A stretch of 60,609 nt of DNA from Terrimicrobiaceae bacterium (GTDB lineage Bacteria; Verrucomicrobiota; Verrucomicrobiia; Chthoniobacterales; Terrimicrobiaceae), in assembly GCA_041737265.1 (NCBI GenBank), contig JBGSSC010000475.1, forward strand, positions 1-60,609, in the 5' to 3' direction. Positions 51,265 through 60,150 of the stretch are shown here, piece after piece. The notes under the pieces are model-generated. The model was not told the origin of the DNA. It did no database searches and was given only the letters and a program-made list of their open reading frames with translations. The position numbers and the translations under genes are program-made. The first letter of the stretch is position 1. Each line of letters opens with the position of its first letter.

Positions 51265-53231
51265 AAAATTCAATCAAAGAACCCAAGCGACTGACCCGCG
51301 CCGAAAGCTTTCTCGGCTTTCATTTTGACTTTCACGCGACCGCCGACAACCAGCCGATCGGCGGGCGTTCGTTCAGGGCCGATCTGGCCAGGATGCTGCG
51401 TGCGGCAAAGCCAGACTATGTGCAGTGCGATTGCAAGGGACACCCCGGCGTTTCGAGTTATCCGACAAAGGTGGGAAATCCCGCGCCGAAATTTGCGGGC
51501 GACGCGCTGAAGGTCTGGCGCGAAGAAACCGCCCGGCAGGGAGTGGCGCTCTTCATGCATTACTCGGGAGTGTGGGACACCGAGGCGCTCCGGCTTCATC
51601 CAGAATGGGCGCGAATTGACGAAAAGGGGAAGCGTGATCCTAATAACACTTCGGTTTTCGGTCGTTATGTCCACGAGCTGATGATTCCCCAGTTCGTCGA
51701 ACTCCGCAGGGAATACGACGTGGACGGCTTCTGGGTGGATGGCGACTGCTGGGCCACCGGACAGGATTACCATCCGGAGGTGCTTAAAAAATTCCGTAGC
51801 CTGACTGGCCTACGTACCGTTCCAAAAAAGATCGGAGATCCCGGCTTTTTTGAATTCACCGAGATGTGTCGTGAAGGCTTTCGTGAGTATGTGCGGACGT
51901 ATGTGAACGCGCTGCACGAGCAATGCCCTGGAGTTCAAGTGGCCAGCAATTGGGCGTTCAGTTCTTTCATGCCCGAGCCGGTCAGTGTTCCTGTCGATTT
52001 TCTCTCTGGCGACTACGCCATGATTGATGCGGTGAACTCCGCGCGGTTTGAAGGGCGGTGTCTCATGCATCAGGGAAAAGCTTGGGACCTTATGGCATGG
52101 GCGTTTGCGGCCAAGTCACTCAACGATTGCTTCACCGCGAAGTCGATCGTGCAGATCCAGCGCGAAGCCGCGATCGTGCTGGCGCTCGGGGGTGGCATCC
52201 AGGTTTATTTCCAGCAACGGCGGGACGGATCGATCCCGGCGCATGAAATCGACACGATGATCGAAGTGGCGAAGTTCTGTCGCCGTCGTCAGAAGTTTTG
52301 TCATCGGGCCACCAGCGTCCCGCAGGTGGCGGTGCTTCTTTCCAAAGATGCCTTCTATCGCGGAAACCGGCGCGTGTTCGGAGCTTGGGACGGTAATTAC
52401 CTCGCGCTTTGGGGGCTGGTGAGCGGACTGATCGAAAACCAAACCTGTGTCGATGTGGTCGGCGAGCACCATCTCAGCGGTTCGATGGGAAGGTTTCCGC
52501 TCATCGTCATTCCGGAGTGGCAGTCGCTGGAGGAAGATTTTCGCCAAGAGCTGTTGGCTTACGTTCGCGACGGTGGTCGACTGCTCGCAGTCGGATGCGG
52601 GCCAACCAAGCTCTTTGCAGAAGAACTTGGACTTTCGATCGTGAGTGATGCTTCCCGGCAGGACCGTTGGCTCGCCGCCCCATGCGGGCTTGCTGGTGTC
52701 CGCAGTGATGGCCTCACCCTCAAGTCTGCGCGAGGCACAAAAGTCACCGCCGTGTGGCACGAGGAACGGGATCCGACCGCACTCAGTCATCCCGCCGTTG
52801 TGAAACGTAAACTCGGACGCGGAGCGATCGCTGCCATGTGTTTTGACTTTGGGACGGCCTACAGGGAACACAAGACATGTCATGCCCGGGACTTCCTTGG
52901 TGCCGTTGTGAGGGATCTTTTTCCAGATCCGATTGTTGAAATTCAAGGCACTCATCTGGTTGATGTCAGTCTCATGACCAAGGACGGCGACCTATTTGTT
53001 CATCTTGTGAACACGTCCGGTCCCCATGCCCAGCTCGATGTGCCGACACACGACGAAATCTTGCCGATCCTTCACGTCACAGTGCGAATCCGCCTCGACA
53101 AAAAACCGCAGATGATCACGAGGCAACCCGCCGGAAAACCACTCCCGTTCACGTGGAGCAAGGGCATTTGCAACCTCGCCATTTCTCAGATTGATGTTCA
53201 TGAAATCATCCAAATCCGTCCCGCCAGCTAA
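51261..53231 (+). CDS. cytoplasmic TIM-barrel putative glycosidase (GH29/GHL-like layout), family unresolved
   Basis: ATGA overlap with the MFS stop (51261-51264). FHFDFHA...YVQCDCKGHPGVSSYPTKVG...ALFMHYSGVWD...ELRREYDVDGFWVDGDCW echoes the layout of GH29 (KHHDGF...W.DG) and of the 29948..31972 protein. No signal peptide. Confidence 0.45.
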   Translation: MKNSIKEPKRLTRAESFLGFHFDFHATADNQPIGGRSFRADLARMLRAAKPDYVQCDCKGHPGVSSYPTKVGNPAPKFAGDALKVWREETARQGVALFMHYSGVWDTEALRLHPEWARIDEKGKRDPNNTSVFGRYVHELMIPQFVELRREYDVDGFWVDGDCWATGQDYHPEVLKKFRSLTGLRTVPKKIGDPGFFEFTEMCREGFREYVRTYVNALHEQCPGVQVASNWAFSSFMPEPVSVPVDFLSGDYAMIDAVNSARFEGRCLMHQGKAWDLMAWAFAAKSLNDCFTAKSIVQIQREAAIVLALGGGIQVYFQQRRDGSIPAHEIDTMIEVAKFCRRRQKFCHRATSVPQVAVLLSKDAFYRGNRRVFGAWDGNYLALWGLVSGLIENQTCVDVVGEHHLSGSMGRFPLIVIPEWQSLEEDFRQELLAYVRDGGRLLAVGCGPTKLFAEELGLSIVSDASRQDRWLAAPCGLAGVRSDGLTLKSARGTKVTAVWHEERDPTALSHPAVVKRKLGRGAIAAMCFDFGTAYREHKTCHARDFLGAVVRDLFPDPIVEIQGTHLVDVSLMTKDGDLFVHLVNTSGPHAQLDVPTHDEILPILHVTVRIRLDKKPQMITRQPAGKPLPFTWSKGICNLAISQIDVHEIIQIRPAS

Positions 53232-55536
53232 CAAGAGTTTTAGCAATCCGACGATTCCTGATGCGCTCAAGCAAGCCCGCTGGATCTGGCCGGGGCTGCA
53301 AAACCACGATTTGAACAACGGCTATGCGCTGTTTCGCAAGGCGTTCACTCTGGATGTGGTTCCGAAACGAGCCCGGCTTTCCATCACCGCCGATCAAGCG
53401 TATCGATTATATATCAACGGCACCTACGTGTGCAGCGGCCCGGCACGCGGCTTCCAGACCCATTGGCCGTATGATCAACTCGATGTGGCCCCACACCTCA
53501 AGGCAGGCCGTAATGTGATCGCCGTGCGAGCCTATCATCCGGGATGCGGGACGTTTTCGTATGTCTCTCACGACACCGCCGGAGTGCTCCTCGCCTTGGA
53601 GGTCGGAAAAGTCCGCTTGGTCACGGATCATTCGTGGAAGTGTCGCCGTCAGACCGGGGTGAACAAAAACACGGTCCCCTACAGCGCCCAGTTGGCATTT
53701 CAGGAGCATGTGGATCTGCGCGAAGAATTTCCGGATTGGTTCAAACCAAACTTCCGCGATGCGGACTGGGAACATCCTTATGACAGCCGCACGTGGAATG
53801 CGATGCCGTGGTATTCCTTGGAGTCACGGGGGATCCCGATGTTGAAGGAGGATGAGATCTTTTTTGGAAAGCTCATCGGGCGTGCCAGTGGTGCGGCGCA
53901 CAGCGATGCCGCCTCTCCGCGCGATGTTTTCCTTCAACGGTATCATGATGGCCTGACCCACCAACCTGCTACGTCTACCGCTAAGGCATTGAGTTTTAAT
54001 CCCGCCGGCGAGCGGCGCTGGGAAAGTGTCCTGATCGATTTTGGCCGCACCATCGTGGGCACGCAACTTCTCATCGCCAAAGGCGCAAAAGGCGGGGAGA
54101 TCGTGGATATCACATTTTACGAAACCCTCGGGAAGGACACGCTCACGCCGGACGTTGATACCAAGTCGTTCTCCGCGCTTGCCATGGGGAACCGGGCTGT
54201 CCTGCGTGGCGGCACGAACGAGCACACGTTTTTTCATCCCATGGGTTTCCGCTACGCCGTGCTGACCGTGCGGGATTCGGAGGTTCCACTAAAGCTAGAT
54301 TTTTCGGTTCGGAGAATGGCCTATCCACACACTCGCGAGGGGACATTTCAATCGTCGGATGCCACTCTCAATGCCATTTGGGAATCGTGTGCCTGGACCC
54401 AGGAATGCTGCAGCCTTGATGCGTATGTGGACACACCCTGGCGTGAGCAGGCCCAATGGTGGGGCGACGCGCGGGTGCAGGCATGGAACACCTTTCATTT
54501 CTGCAATGACGCCCGGCTTCTGCGGCGTGGTATCCATTGTATTGCGTCGCAGACCGTTCCGAATGGCCTCACTTACGCCCATGCGCCGACCAAAGCCCAC
54601 TCGTGCATCCTGCCGGATTTCAGTCTCACTTGGATTCTCACACTCTGGGATCACTACTGGCAGACCGGTTCAACCGAGGCCTTTGAAACTCACGAGGCAA
54701 CCGTCGGTGGTATTCTGAATTATTTCCGTGAAATGACCGATCCAAAAACCGGACTGATCCGTCATGACCCGCGGTACTGGCTCTTCCTCGATTGGACGAC
54801 TTTGCACAAAGAGGGATGTCCCACCGTTTTGAGCCTCTGGTTGCTCGAAGCCCTGGACAAGGTCGTCCGACTACACACCGCAACTGGTCAGGCCGGGAAA
54901 GCCCAACCTCTGAAAACCTGGAGCGCCCACCTTCGAAAGTCTCTCCTGCGTCTTGTTGGTCGTGATGGCCTTTTGGCCGATGGCTATGACGCCAAGGGCA
55001 AAGTGGTGAAGCAGTCTTCGATCCACTCCCAGACACTGGCGTTGCTTACCAATCTGGCACCCGAACACGAAGCAGCAATGCTCGGGAAGCGCCTTCTTCC
55101 CTACATCCGAGGGGAAGAGACGTTTGAGGCCATGCCCACTTCCTATTGGGTCACCTATGTTCTTACGGAGTTGTCGAAACGTGGTTACGGAACGGACGTC
55201 GTGACCTTCATCAAAACACATTGGGCAAAAATGGCTGAGCATGGCACGACTTGGGAAACCTTTGAACCCGGACGCGGGAATGAGAGCTTTTCCCATGCCT
55301 GGTCGGCGCATCCACTGTACCACCTCATGCAGATCCTTGGTGGGATCCGTCAGACAGCACCCGGATGGGAAACGATTTCTTTTGACCCGACGTTCATCGG
55401 AGATTTCCTGGATTGCAGGATTCCCACCCCGCATGGTCCGATCCAATCTACATGGAAGCGTCAGGGAGAATCCCACGAGGTCGAACTATTTCTCCCCAAA
55501 GGCATCACCGCATCCCAACCTCAAAGAAAAAATTGA
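53194..55536 (+). CDS. GH78-like (alpha-L-rhamnosidase family) six-hairpin glycoside hydrolase
   Basis: The N-terminal ARWIWPG...YALFRKAFTL...LSITADQAYRLYINGTYV (rhamnosidase N-domain style) and DTPWREQAQWWGDARVQ (compare D.P.RE...W.GD of GH78). The start at ATG 53194 or 53200 overlaps the upstream gene by ~30-40 nt. Confidence 0.6.
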   Translation: MFMKSSKSVPPANKSFSNPTIPDALKQARWIWPGLQNHDLNNGYALFRKAFTLDVVPKRARLSITADQAYRLYINGTYVCSGPARGFQTHWPYDQLDVAPHLKAGRNVIAVRAYHPGCGTFSYVSHDTAGVLLALEVGKVRLVTDHSWKCRRQTGVNKNTVPYSAQLAFQEHVDLREEFPDWFKPNFRDADWEHPYDSRTWNAMPWYSLESRGIPMLKEDEIFFGKLIGRASGAAHSDAASPRDVFLQRYHDGLTHQPATSTAKALSFNPAGERRWESVLIDFGRTIVGTQLLIAKGAKGGEIVDITFYETLGKDTLTPDVDTKSFSALAMGNRAVLRGGTNEHTFFHPMGFRYAVLTVRDSEVPLKLDFSVRRMAYPHTREGTFQSSDATLNAIWESCAWTQECCSLDAYVDTPWREQAQWWGDARVQAWNTFHFCNDARLLRRGIHCIASQTVPNGLTYAHAPTKAHSCILPDFSLTWILTLWDHYWQTGSTEAFETHEATVGGILNYFREMTDPKTGLIRHDPRYWLFLDWTTLHKEGCPTVLSLWLLEALDKVVRLHTATGQAGKAQPLKTWSAHLRKSLLRLVGRDGLLADGYDAKGKVVKQSSIHSQTLALLTNLAPEHEAAMLGKRLLPYIRGEETFEAMPTSYWVTYVLTELSKRGYGTDVVTFIKTHWAKMAEHGTTWETFEPGRGNESFSHAWSAHPLYHLMQILGGIRQTAPGWETISFDPTFIGDFLDCRIPTPHGPIQSTWKRQGESHEVELFLPKGITASQPQRKN

Positions 55537-55540
55537 ACCC

Positions 55541-56434
55541 ATGAATACCATCACGGCAAAACAACTTTACGGCTGGTGCCGGATTCCTGCTTCGGAGTTG
55601 GAAGTCCATCCGGGCCGCAAAGTTCCATTCCGCATAGTTCCTGACCCGGCAGCGATGGGGGCGCTCATGGCCCTTGAGCTTGCGGACATCATCTCCGATT
55701 CCAATAAAAACAACCAACCCATTCGTGCCATCATTCCCTGCGGTCCGGCCTGTTGGTATCGGCCTTTTGCCGAGGTCGTGAACCGGGAGCGGATCAGCTT
55801 GCGCAACCTCACGGTCTTCCACATGGACGAGTGCCTTGACTGGCAGGGACGCGAACTGCCACGCAATCATCCCTACAGTTTTCGGGGATTCATGGAGCGC
55901 GAATTTTATGGTCCTATTGAGCCGGAATTGCTCACCCCGGAGGAAAACCGCTGGTGGCCGAACGCGACAAATTTTCAACAAATCGCCGATGAGATCGCGC
56001 GGGCGCCCATTGATATTACCTATGGCGGCTGGGGTCAGGACGGCCACATTGCTTACAATCAGGCCCGTCGACATCCCTTCAGTGCGCTCTCACTCGATGA
56101 CCTTCGCAACTGTTCCGTGCGGGTGCAGGATAACAACCTGGACACCATCATCGCACTCGCTCAGCGCACGTTTGGCTGTGCTTATCAGTTTGTGCCGCCG
56201 ATGAGTGTGACCCTTGGATTGAAGGAATGCCTTTCAGCAAAGAAGGTGCGCCTTTTCAGTGACACTGGATCATGGAAACAAACCGCCCTGCGCGTCGCCC
56301 TTTTCAGCGAACCTACGCCGGAGTATCCCATGACCTTATTGCAGGAACACCCGGATGCCCTCATCACAGCAACGCTCGAAACCGCCACCCACCCGGTGAG
56401 CGTTCACCCCGAATGGGATCTTGGGATTTCATGA
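55541..56434 (+). CDS. glucosamine-6-phosphate deaminase/isomerase (NagB) superfamily protein
   Basis: ATG 55541 lies 4 nt after the upstream stop. TVFHMDECLDW and GGWGQDGHIAYN resemble the NagB DE and GxGxDGH blocks. The 100-codon upstream extension in the track overlaps the GH78-like gene. Confidence 0.6.
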   Translation: MNTITAKQLYGWCRIPASELEVHPGRKVPFRIVPDPAAMGALMALELADIISDSNKNNQPIRAIIPCGPACWYRPFAEVVNRERISLRNLTVFHMDECLDWQGRELPRNHPYSFRGFMEREFYGPIEPELLTPEENRWWPNATNFQQIADEIARAPIDITYGGWGQDGHIAYNQARRHPFSALSLDDLRNCSVRVQDNNLDTIIALAQRTFGCAYQFVPPMSVTLGLKECLSAKKVRLFSDTGSWKQTALRVALFSEPTPEYPMTLLQEHPDALITATLETATHPVSVHPEWDLGIS

Positions 56435-57459
56435 CAGATCACCTCATGCCAAAGAAATACGAAACCATGATCGGGACCGGCGGCATTGGCACGGGGACGT
56501 TTTTTGCGCTGAGCGGGAACCACACACTTGGGCGTGAGGAAAGCCGTGGCGGCAGGTTTCTTGAGCGCCGTGACTACTGCAAACTTCACATCATCAGTCA
56601 CTACGTTCAGCGGTTGGTGGGCGGTGATTTTAAGACCCTGCCGATTGGCAAGGTCGGCGATGATGCAGCCGGGCACAGGCTGATGGAGGAAATGCAGGCA
56701 GAGGGCTTGGACGTTTCACTGACCACCATCCTGCCCGGCGAGCAGACACTGCATTGTCTTTGTTTGCTGTATCCCGACGGATCAGGCGGCAATCTCACAG
56801 TGACCGATTCCGCCAGTGGGCGGGTTACGGCGGATGATATCAAGATGGCCGTGCCATGGTTCGATAGGTATGCCACGCGCGGGATTGCTCTGGCAGTCCC
56901 CGAAGTTCCGATGGCCGCGAGTCTTGAACTGCTCGACATGGCCGGGAAGTTTGACTTCCTCAGGGCGGCCTCATTTTCCTCGGAGGAAATGGCAGCCGTG
57001 CGTGAATGCGGTCTGCTCTCGCAAGTGGAGTTGCTTGCAATCAATCTTGATGAGGCAGCGAGCCTTGCGGGAAGCAGCGGGGAGGGAGGTCCGCAGGAGA
57101 TCATCAAAAGGATTGCCGACAGTCTGGGAGATAGGTTTCCGCACTTGAAACTTTCCATCACGGCCGGCGCAACCGGCAGTTGGACCGTCGATGGAGGAAA
57201 AGTCATTTTCATCGCGGCTCCGAACGTCCAAGTCCAGAGTGCCGCAGGAGCTGGCGATGCCCATTTCTCCGGCATCCTCGCAGGGCTTTCCACAGGGCTT
57301 TCCCTCGCGGAGGCCCACTGGATTGGCGTCCTCGCCGGGGCGATGTCGGTTACCAGTGCCCACACCATTCATCCCGACATTGACCGGCCTGCCTTGCGCG
57401 AATTTGCCGCGCGGCACGGACTCGAGCTGCCGGGAGCAGTCCGCGATTTTCTCAACTAA
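56431..57459 (+). CDS. PfkB-family (ribokinase-like) sugar kinase
   Basis: ATGA overlap with the upstream stop (56431-56434). It has the C-terminal GAGDAHFSGILAGL signature and an N-terminal glycine-rich IGTGGIGTG. Confidence 0.7.
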   Translation: MTDHLMPKKYETMIGTGGIGTGTFFALSGNHTLGREESRGGRFLERRDYCKLHIISHYVQRLVGGDFKTLPIGKVGDDAAGHRLMEEMQAEGLDVSLTTILPGEQTLHCLCLLYPDGSGGNLTVTDSASGRVTADDIKMAVPWFDRYATRGIALAVPEVPMAASLELLDMAGKFDFLRAASFSSEEMAAVRECGLLSQVELLAINLDEAASLAGSSGEGGPQEIIKRIADSLGDRFPHLKLSITAGATGSWTVDGGKVIFIAAPNVQVQSAAGAGDAHFSGILAGLSTGLSLAEAHWIGVLAGAMSVTSAHTIHPDIDRPALREFAARHGLELPGAVRDFLN

Positions 57460-57468
57460 AGTAACAAA

Positions 57469-57780
57469 ATGTCCGTCACCATGCGCATCCTCCAACAATT
57501 CGATGTTCGGAGGGAAAAAGAATTCCTTGAACTCGAACGCCACTTCGCCGCTCTTGAAAAGGCCCGCCTCGACCTTCCGCAAGGCAGGCGTATGAAGCCG
57601 ATCTCGGGCGGTGAGCCGTGTAACACGCTCGTCTGGCAAGGCGAGTTCGCCACCCTGGATGCTGCGCACCAGGCACTGGCAGCCTTCTCGGCGGACGATG
57701 CCCACGAGGCGCTCTTTGCCAGGCAGTCGGAATTTTTCCAATCTGTCAAAATCGAGTTTTACGAAAATCTCGATTACTGA
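57469..57780 (+). CDS. 103-aa conserved-looking hypothetical protein (possibly a small alpha+beta barrel / mutarotase-like fold)
   Basis: It is tightly embedded, 9 nt after the kinase stop and 4 nt before the next start. Composition is balanced, and size and position resemble sugar mutarotase/Dabb-type accessory proteins. I recognise no motif. Confidence 0.45.
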   Translation: MSVTMRILQQFDVRREKEFLELERHFAALEKARLDLPQGRRMKPISGGEPCNTLVWQGEFATLDAAHQALAAFSADDAHEALFARQSEFFQSVKIEFYENLDY

Positions 57781-57784
57781 AGTC

Positions 57785-58837
57785 ATGACCCGGGTTTTCG
57801 ACATCCACACCCATGTCTTTCCGCATTATGCCGACCTTGCTGTGGAGGCGATGGATCGCAGCGGGATCGAGGCCTCGGTGGTGCTCGCATGGCACGATGG
57901 ATTCGGTGAAGGATTAAAACGCCATCTTGATGCGTTCGCAAAATATCCCGGACGCTTTTTCACCTTCGGCAATGTTGACTTTCGCCGCATCAACGAGCCC
58001 GGCTTCGCTACCGCCGCGGCCGCCCAGATGGAGCGCGATGCGTCCGCAGGCATGTGCGGCCTGAAAGTTTACAAGGCTCTCGGCCTTGATTACCGAAGGC
58101 CTGACGGCCGCTTCTGGCGACCGAACGATCCCGAACTTGATCCGATCTGGGCGAAGGCCGGAGAACTCGGTCTCCCGGTGCTGATTCACAGCGCCGATCC
58201 GCCCTGTTTTTGGGAACCCGTCAATGAATTCAACTTCTGGAACGGCGTGCTCCACGGCGAGTATGCATGGTGGACATACTACAACAAAGGCCTGTCGTCC
58301 GCCAACGAGTTGCTCGGCGACCGTCTTGAAATGGTCGCGTGCCACCGCAATACCACGTTCATCTTCCCGCACTGCGCGGAAAAAGCAGACTCCCTTGATA
58401 GTGCCGCTGAGGATTTGGATGCCCATGCAAACATCGTCTATGACTTCTCTGCCCGGATCCCGGAACTCGCCCGGAGTGCCCGCAGGGCCGCCCACACCCG
58501 GGAATTTTTCGCAGCCTACGCAGACCGGATATTCTTCGGCACGGATGTGATCTATGACGATACCAACGTGCCAACCGGCCAACAGGCCCAGATCCTTTAT
58601 CAGCCCGGCGAGGTCCCGCTCCGTGGAGCCGACCCCAGAGAACGCTACATTGAAACCACGGCGGCATTCAACCGCTCCAACATCGAGTGGATCACGTCGT
58701 CACACATCCAAACCACGCCGTTTTTCAAACGCAGCATAGCGCCTTTTGAAATTCATGGCCTCGGACTGCCGGACGATATCGCTGCCAAAATTCTTTACGA
58801 TAATGCGGCCCGCCTCCTTGGGTTGTCAGCCGGCTGA
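57785..58837 (+). CDS. metal-dependent TIM-barrel amidohydrolase (amidohydrolase_2/PF04909-like)
   Basis: ATG 57785 gives MTRVFDIHTHVFP (H-x-H metal motif at the N-terminus). It also has LPVLIHSADP and IFFGTDV blocks. The track ORF start at 57611 overlaps the 103-aa gene. Confidence 0.65.
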   Translation: MTRVFDIHTHVFPHYADLAVEAMDRSGIEASVVLAWHDGFGEGLKRHLDAFAKYPGRFFTFGNVDFRRINEPGFATAAAAQMERDASAGMCGLKVYKALGLDYRRPDGRFWRPNDPELDPIWAKAGELGLPVLIHSADPPCFWEPVNEFNFWNGVLHGEYAWWTYYNKGLSSANELLGDRLEMVACHRNTTFIFPHCAEKADSLDSAAEDLDAHANIVYDFSARIPELARSARRAAHTREFFAAYADRIFFGTDVIYDDTNVPTGQQAQILYQPGEVPLRGADPRERYIETTAAFNRSNIEWITSSHIQTTPFFKRSIAPFEIHGLGLPDDIAAKILYDNAARLLGLSAG

Positions 58838-59067
58838 ACGAATCCGTGAAAATAAAAAATCCTGATGTTTCGGTTTAAACGGTTGACGAATAGTCCTCGA
58901 AACAGAACTCCAACTGTTCTTGGGGTTTTCGGTAGCCTCGAAGAACAGAGCGTTCGTACAGGATTGTGTCGAGGAGAAGCTCCTCCAAAAAACGGCTCCC
59001 TGATGAAGCCGGGCGACCTCGGGAAGCCGCGTGTGGCCAAGTTTTAGAAAGGTTACCGGGCCTCTCG

Positions 59068-59925
59068 CTATGAGCTATTACCGCGCATTGCAGAGATAAT
59101 GATGGCGGGTCCCGTGCGTGTAATTTGTTGATTGAACACCCGCAACTCGAACTCAGCTGCCAATTCGGTATCCTCTTCTTTGTGGCCCTTTTCTGCGGCC
59201 AGGACGTTTTCAAGAGGAAACGGCGGGACGCACAAAGGCCAGTTCAGCGAGGCGATGCCGAATCGCTGGGCGAGCAGAGCCGCTGCAATAGATTCAGCCA
59301 GAGGCCACAAAAAGAACCGGAGTGGAGTCGGATTTGTTGGCGGGAGGCAAAAGACAGTGAGGGAACGCCCCCTCCACACCGCATATTCGCAGGCGTGATT
59401 GGCGTGCGCTTCGATCCTCTCGCGGATGAACGGGTGGAATGGCGCGAGAATCGAACCATCCACTGCCGGATGGATCGTGATGGCATAGGTGGTGGTGGAA
59501 TTCATGGACACTGCGAGAGACACTACCACACAGAAAACGCCAAAAGCTGTCCTACCCCATAGAATGATAAATACTGTTCCGCTTGATCGCAAAATCAACC
59601 GCCACCAAGATCCCTCCATGCAAGCACTGATCAAAAGATTGAAAACTCTCTTCGTGAAAAAGCTCCCCTCGCAACGAATTTGGACCCGGTGGGTGAAATA
59701 GACCCATGAATGCGATGTGCGAGCGTGCCAACCTTTCTGAGTATGCCATCTGGGAGAGAACGGGGGAGATTTTTCGATATTACGGACTGGCCTTTGATCA
59801 GCTGCCATCTCGGTAAACTGAGAACAATCTAGGATGTGCAGCGCCATTATGTCTGTTGCACTCTTAAACCCGGCCACAAGGGAATCAATCTTCAGGAGGC
59901 TCCATCCTAACGTGATAACTTCCAT
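59068..59925 (-). CDS. hypothetical ORF in the lower-GC region (real extent uncertain)
   Basis: It is the longest ORF in 58.9-60.0 kb. I recognise no motif, and an internal Met (MNSTTTYAITIHP...) could be the true start. It competes with a + strand ORF at 59125..59562. Confidence 0.2.
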   Translation of the reverse strand: MEVITLGWSLLKIDSLVAGFKSATDIMALHILDCSQFTEMAADQRPVRNIEKSPPFSPRWHTQKGWHARTSHSWVYFTHRVQIRCEGSFFTKRVFNLLISACMEGSWWRLILRSSGTVFIILWGRTAFGVFCVVVSLAVSMNSTTTYAITIHPAVDGSILAPFHPFIRERIEAHANHACEYAVWRGRSLTVFCLPPTNPTPLRFFLWPLAESIAAALLAQRFGIASLNWPLCVPPFPLENVLAAEKGHKEEDTELAAEFELRVFNQQITRTGPAIIISAMRGNSS

Positions 59926-60072
59926 TCAATTTCGGAGGGATTTTGTTGCCATTCTGCTGCCAAAAAGTCGCCAAAAACTGATCGGTTTCCTTGGATTTCT
60001 GTGGCCCTCCTTGTGACTGGCATGAAACCCATTTCATCCTCTGTTTATGAGATCTAACGAGCGTTTGCAGAG

Positions 60073-60100
60073 TGGCGACCCTAACGGGATTCGAACCTGT
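60073..60100 (-). other. tRNA 3'-end fragment (T-arm, acceptor 3' strand, CCA), att-like
   Basis: The minus strand reads ACAGG-TTCGAAT-CCCGT-TAGGGTC-G-CCA: a canonical T-loop, a T-stem with one mismatch, a 7-nt acceptor strand, a discriminator base and CCA. No matching 5' acceptor strand (GACCCTA), D-arm or anticodon arm lies upstream. Confidence 0.5.
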
Positions 60101-60150
60101 GAAGTCGTAAGCAAGGGGCTTTGAAGAACCCGAGGTTGCGCGTGACGCCT

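Noticed and set aside
59125-59562. 145-aa plus-strand ORF overlapping the 59068-59925 minus-strand ORF.
   Set aside because: The product is Arg-rich and low-complexity, and neither strand is convincing. Only the longer minus-strand ORF is listed, at low confidence.
60050-60150. A complete tRNA gene on the minus strand.
   Set aside because: Only the T-arm, the acceptor 3' strand and CCA can be drawn. The complementary 5' acceptor strand (GACCCTA), the D-arm and a U33-containing anticodon loop are absent, and the T-stem has a mismatch.
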